Virus record (IMG/VR): IMGVR_UViG_3300046171_000231
Coordinates: 124,001-188,000 of that record
Strand: one strand, 5' to 3'
Length of the DNA: 64,000 nt
In this document: one piece after another, positions 59,629 through 64,000 of the stretch
Numbering within the stretch: the stretch's first letter is position 1
Layout: each line of letters starts with the position of its first letter
Notes under the pieces: generated by a model
The model's database searches: none
The model's input: the letters and a program-made list of their open reading frames with translations, nothing else
What the model was told of the DNA's origin: nothing
Position numbers and translations under genes: made by a program

Positions 59629-61293
59629 TTATATCTCTGCTGATTTGGTATCTTTTTGATACTCAGCATCAGTAATTTGTGCTTCTGCTTCTACATCTGG
59701 ATCTTGTGGTACATCACCTAAATCTTCACCACCTTCTTGAGGTAATGGTTCTCCAGTTATTGGGTCAACCTCTGCAGGATTTGGAATGATACCTTTTTGT
59801 ATTTCATCTTCAATCTGCATATCAATCTCTTCAATTTCCTGATCTGTTTGACGTAATACTCTCTTTCTTACAAATTCAGTTGAATAATACTTACCAATAT
59901 AAGGTTCAATTTGTGCAAGATTACCTAAACGACCTTGTATCATTTCAGTTTCTTTGAGCTCTGCAAACTGATTATCATATAAGAAGTCATATTGAATATG
60001 ATCTTCCATCTTATTCCAGTCTTCTGGAGTTACAATATTCTTTAATATTAACTGAGTTTTGAGCATATCATTGAACATATGTGCAAAACGCTTTCTTAAA
60101 CGACCTACAAACTTTGCAAATTTAAGTTCGTCTCTTAATATTTCTGATGAACGACCTAAGTTAAACCCACCTTCTGCAGCAATTCTTGACTCAGGAATAC
60201 CTAATGCACGATATAATTTCTTCTGAAAATATTCAATATCGGAAAGTTCACCAAGATTTTGTCCACCTGGTAGAGTTGTGATTTCAGTTCCACGACCACC
60301 TTCTCTTCTTGGCAACCAAAAATCTTCCATCATACTCATAAATTTACGATCATCACGAACTTCACCAGTTTGTGCGTTGTAAGTTAACTTATTACGATAG
60401 CGACTCATTACCTCTTTAAGATATTGTTCTGCCTTAACTTTTGGTAAATTTCCAACATCAATATAAAATATTCTTCTTTCTGGTGCTCTTGATAAACGAT
60501 AGATAACAAGACTATCTTCAATCATTCTTAATTGATTGAGTGCTTTGATTGCTTTATGAAGATATGAAAGAACACGATTCTTATTTCGATCTACTAAACC
60601 AGATGTACACATAGTAATTGAATCTTTTGCAATTTTAGTCGATCCTTTACCTGCTTGTGCAATCATCCCTGTTGGATAATTAGGTTTCATTGAATAGATG
60701 TAGTATTCATCAAATTCAGGACTCATAATACTATCGTCCTTACTATTAATTCTTATGTAAGGATCATCTTTACCATTCTTCCTTTTTTCTTGTTTAACAA
60801 ACTTCAACTTCATCGGGTCAATATATCTTAAATCCTTGAGTCCTTCCTGTGGATTTTTTGTATCGATTACCTTTAGATAATATAAACGACCATCTATATA
60901 CCAATTTCTAAAAATTTCGTGAGACTTCTTATCAAAGTCCATCAATTCTTTAATATATCTGAACTCTTCTCTAATTTTTTTCTTTATGCCATCACTCGCA
61001 TTAAGATTTGATAGTTCAACTTCAACAGGAGAATCATATAGATCACTTACAATTGCTTCATTAACAACATCTTCAATGGCACCATCTGCTTCTGGATGCA
61101 GAGCCATCTCTCTATATCTTTTAATTAATTCGTGTTCAGAACGATATGCACCTTCAATATCTACGTATTGACCATAAAATCCACTTGCTATATAATTATC
61201 AACCCCGTCCTCATTATTTTTGGGGACAGGGGAGACAATAGAAGTTGATTTATCTTCTGTTTCTTCAATAGAAAAACCGAAAAGTTTTGCCAT
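59629..61293 (-). CDS. gp20: Portal vertex protein (T4 gp20)
   Basis: WYIDGRL, LRMIEDSLVIYRLSRAPERRIFYIDVG and EDFWLPRREGG. Confidence 0.97.
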   Translation of the reverse strand: MAKLFGFSIEETEDKSTSIVSPVPKNNEDGVDNYIASGFYGQYVDIEGAYRSEHELIKRYREMALHPEADGAIEDVVNEAIVSDLYDSPVEVELSNLNASDGIKKKIREEFRYIKELMDFDKKSHEIFRNWYIDGRLYYLKVIDTKNPQEGLKDLRYIDPMKLKFVKQEKRKNGKDDPYIRINSKDDSIMSPEFDEYYIYSMKPNYPTGMIAQAGKGSTKIAKDSITMCTSGLVDRNKNRVLSYLHKAIKALNQLRMIEDSLVIYRLSRAPERRIFYIDVGNLPKVKAEQYLKEVMSRYRNKLTYNAQTGEVRDDRKFMSMMEDFWLPRREGGRGTEITTLPGGQNLGELSDIEYFQKKLYRALGIPESRIAAEGGFNLGRSSEILRDELKFAKFVGRLRKRFAHMFNDMLKTQLILKNIVTPEDWNKMEDHIQYDFLYDNQFAELKETEMIQGRLGNLAQIEPYIGKYYSTEFVRKRVLRQTDQEIEEIDMQIEDEIQKGIIPNPAEVDPITGEPLPQEGGEDLGDVPQDPDVEAEAQITDAEYQKDTKSAEI

Positions 61294-61320
61294 AGTATAA
61301 TATTTTTGTTATATGTTTAT

Positions 61321-61908
61321 TTAGCTGATGTCTACACCGCCTGATACGGGACTGTCTCCCTTAAGAATTTCAATATACTGAACCTGAAGTTCAACAGTAA
61401 ATTCTTGAATACCTTGAGCGTCATATGATAATTCGATAGGACCGACCTGTGTTGGGAAGGTATCATAGAAACGATATTTCCTGATACTTTGTCCATCACG
61501 ATCAAGTTGGAATACAAATGCGTCAGACTGATATGCAGCAGGATTAACTAATCCAGTGTTATCACTTAACTTGTTGATTGTATTCATCCAGTTCTCAAAT
61601 GCAGATCTTATTGCAAAGTCTGTATCGTTGATTACTGTGACTGTCCATGAATCGAACGTTCTGTCACCTGCGATTTTAAGAACCCTTCCTCGGAAAGGAA
61701 CTTCTATTTGTGCAATGTTTGATGCGGGTAATCTTGCTCCTTTAACCAAGAACCTTGATTTGTCAAGAACATCCTGTGCTGGTTGAGCAGCATCTGGGAA
61801 TGTGAGGACTACTTCAAACAGATTAGCACGAGCACCGCCACCTGTCAACTTACTTTTAAAGTCTGAAATCGTTCTTAATGGTGGTGGATTGACCTGATTT
61901 CTAGCCAT
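61321..61908 (-). CDS. gp19: Tail tube protein (T4 gp19)
   Basis: GGARANLFEV, VPFRGRVLKIAGDRTFDSWT and FPTQVGPIEL. Confidence 0.93.
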   Translation of the reverse strand: MARNQVNPPPLRTISDFKSKLTGGGARANLFEVVLTFPDAAQPAQDVLDKSRFLVKGARLPASNIAQIEVPFRGRVLKIAGDRTFDSWTVTVINDTDFAIRSAFENWMNTINKLSDNTGLVNPAAYQSDAFVFQLDRDGQSIRKYRFYDTFPTQVGPIELSYDAQGIQEFTVELQVQYIEILKGDSPVSGGVDIS

Positions 61909-61929
61909 AGTTGATTAAACCTCTGTTAA

Positions 61930-64000
61930 TTAAACGGAACCGATTACTTCTTCAAAATCAACACCAGTTCTGGTGGCGACAAAGGTTAGACCAATGAAGT
62001 TGATAGAACGTGCTGGTTTGATAAAGATGTCAGCAACAAATTCATTACGATCAATGACTGCTGCAGTATTATTTGTTTCATCGCAAATCACAACAAAGTC
62101 AAATATACCTCTGTTGGATTGAACCTCTCTTAGGAATGGTTCAATGATATTTACGAAGTTTGTCCTTGTTAGTTCGTCGTTGAACTCAAAGAGTTGATCC
62201 TTTGCTGCTGCTGAAATAGCATCTTCAAGGAAAATAAACAATCTACGAACGTTAATTCGGTCAAATGCCGAAGACTTACCAAATGAAGTTTTGTCTCCAA
62301 AGAGAACAATACCAGCACCTGGTGAGAGCATAACAGGATTAACTCTATTTGAATATAGAATGTCTCTCTGTTTTTTGCCTGGATTATAGGCAAGTTTCAC
62401 TGAGTTTAGAATTGCACCTCTTGCAGTACCTGCAGGAGAGAACCAAGGGAACTGTTCAATATCAGTTCTTGCACAAGTTCCAGCAATATCACCATTCAAT
62501 GGCACATATCTAAATGTATTATTGAATCTATCGAACATATATTTGTATCCACTATCGAATACACCATATGTTGAAGATGATATTGGAGCATAGTAACTTA
62601 CGATGTTTTCAGTCATCGTATCAATGTTATTGACAGTTACAGAACCTACTGAACTATCATTCAAGAATGCTTGACGATAAGGTGAAATAAATGCGACTGC
62701 ATCTTTTCTTGCTTCAGCAACTGCAATACATTTTTCTGCAAGAGCTTGTGACTGCTCTTTTGGATGATGAGCAGCACCCATCATTATAAAGTCAACTTCA
62801 ATTTCCTCTGTGTTTGAGAATAATTCATAACCACTGATTAAGTCATCAACACCTGATGTCAAAGCACCAACTGTTGTATAGTCTGTCTTATCTCCGTAGT
62901 TTGTACCACCTGCTAGAGATGATGTAACTACACCTGAAGCACCAAAGTTAACTCCACTTGCATCTTGATCCCATCCACTATCTGCATCTAAATTACCGAT
63001 TGCAGTTGCAGTTCCAGCAGTAAATCCAGTTGTTGTAATTCCTGCAGGAGCACTACCACCGTAAATGTATTGTGAGTTTGTTGCAAGATATTTTCTCCAG
63101 TATGCAGTTGAACCTACTGAATATTCGGCATCTTTTGCTTTTGAAAGATTTAGATGCTTTTCAAGAATTGTTCCAGCATTACCTGTAATTGTTCCTTTAT
63201 CATCTATGACAACAACGTGAAGTTCATCAAATCTACCACCTCTTGAGGAAGCATAAGATGATGTGCCAGGTGCGTCTGCTATTTGATCCCACTCTAAACT
63301 TAGTGGATTACCATTTGCATCTGTTTTTGTTAACACTATGTTTTGTCGTTCAAACCAGTCAACTGCTGCAGTAACACTCTGTACTGTTCCTCCAATATTT
63401 GAACCAGCAGCACTTGCTTCAACGTTTCCAGTATTAAATTTGTAGACACCACCATTTTGGTAACTTACATTTGTAACTGTTCCAGCAGTTGAAACGTGTG
63501 CTATTGTTTTTACACTTATAGTACCTGAACCAACTTCAGTAACAATACCCTTAACGTAACCATCAAGAACACTTGTTCCTCCAGCACCAGCAACGATTCT
63601 ACCAGCAGCAGATTGTGTGATTCCTAATCCAACTGTACTGATACCAGATACTGTTAATATTTGGTCTGCTTTTGCATCAATGATTGCAACTCTAAGTCCG
63701 TTTGCATATGTACCAGGTGTTTTTGATGCAACTGTAACACCAGTAATTGTATTGTCATCATAACCTAATTGGTTATAGTGAGTATCACTCTTGATTCTTA
63801 TAGAAGAAGCAGCTCCTACAAAAGCATTCTTCAGACCAACACCAGTTAATGTGTCGTAATCGTCAGCACGAATAACTTGAAGTGTGCCACCGTATGCTAG
63901 GTAAGAAGATGCAACCATCCAATATTCATAGTGATTATCTATTGAATATGGTTGTCCAAAAGTCTGTAATAGATCCTCCTCACTCTCAATGAGTTGTGCG
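61930..64000 (-). CDS. gp18: Tail sheath protein (T4 gp18), 5' end beyond the window
   Basis: PWFSPAG..RG, FDRINVRRLF and KPARSINFI; the frame stays open to base 64000. Confidence 0.96.
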   Translation of the reverse strand, partial: AQLIESEEDLLQTFGQPYSIDNHYEYWMVASSYLAYGGTLQVIRADDYDTLTGVGLKNAFVGAASSIRIKSDTHYNQLGYDDNTITGVTVASKTPGTYANGLRVAIIDAKADQILTVSGISTVGLGITQSAAGRIVAGAGGTSVLDGYVKGIVTEVGSGTISVKTIAHVSTAGTVTNVSYQNGGVYKFNTGNVEASAAGSNIGGTVQSVTAAVDWFERQNIVLTKTDANGNPLSLEWDQIADAPGTSSYASSRGGRFDELHVVVIDDKGTITGNAGTILEKHLNLSKAKDAEYSVGSTAYWRKYLATNSQYIYGGSAPAGITTTGFTAGTATAIGNLDADSGWDQDASGVNFGASGVVTSSLAGGTNYGDKTDYTTVGALTSGVDDLISGYELFSNTEEIEVDFIMMGAAHHPKEQSQALAEKCIAVAEARKDAVAFISPYRQAFLNDSSVGSVTVNNIDTMTENIVSYYAPISSSTYGVFDSGYKYMFDRFNNTFRYVPLNGDIAGTCARTDIEQFPWFSPAGTARGAILNSVKLAYNPGKKQRDILYSNRVNPVMLSPGAGIVLFGDKTSFGKSSAFDRINVRRLFIFLEDAISAAAKDQLFEFNDELTRTNFVNIIEPFLREVQSNRGIFDFVVICDETNNTAAVIDRNEFVADIFIKPARSINFIGLTFVATRTGVDFEEVIGSV

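Overview
A low-GC segment of a T4-like marine cyanomyovirus. The host is most likely Prochlorococcus, given pebS and a psbN ending in LTDPWDDHDD. Nearly all genes are on the minus strand. Read right to left, the window holds: the head/tail module (gp18 partial, gp19, gp20, gp21, gp22, gp23); gp3, uvsY, uvsW, gp55, gp47, gp46; a vWA/metallopeptidase plus CobS-like AAA+ pair; and the replication module (gp45, gp44, dam, gp62, regA, hsp20, gp43, uvsX, gp41, mazG). These are followed by a late block of probable internal-head/structural proteins, then primase, nrdA, nrdB and further late genes. Auxiliary genes inserted into this core are pebS, purS, purM, gcvP, def, doxX, a psbN missed by the ORF track, two flavin-dependent halogenases, four 2OG-Fe(II) oxygenases, a stand-alone class II aminoacyl-tRNA-synthetase catalytic domain and a ParB-like protein. 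Non-coding highlights are a probable manA RNA, a ROSE-like thermometer hairpin in the hsp20 leader, and an unassigned H-type pseudoknot in the leader of the transcript reaching DNA polymerase. A 12-bp promoter-core direct repeat also exactly brackets one oxygenase gene. About ten small frameshifts, some in core genes, most likely reflect sequencing or assembly errors. No tRNA, rRNA, CRISPR array, intron or transposase was recognised.
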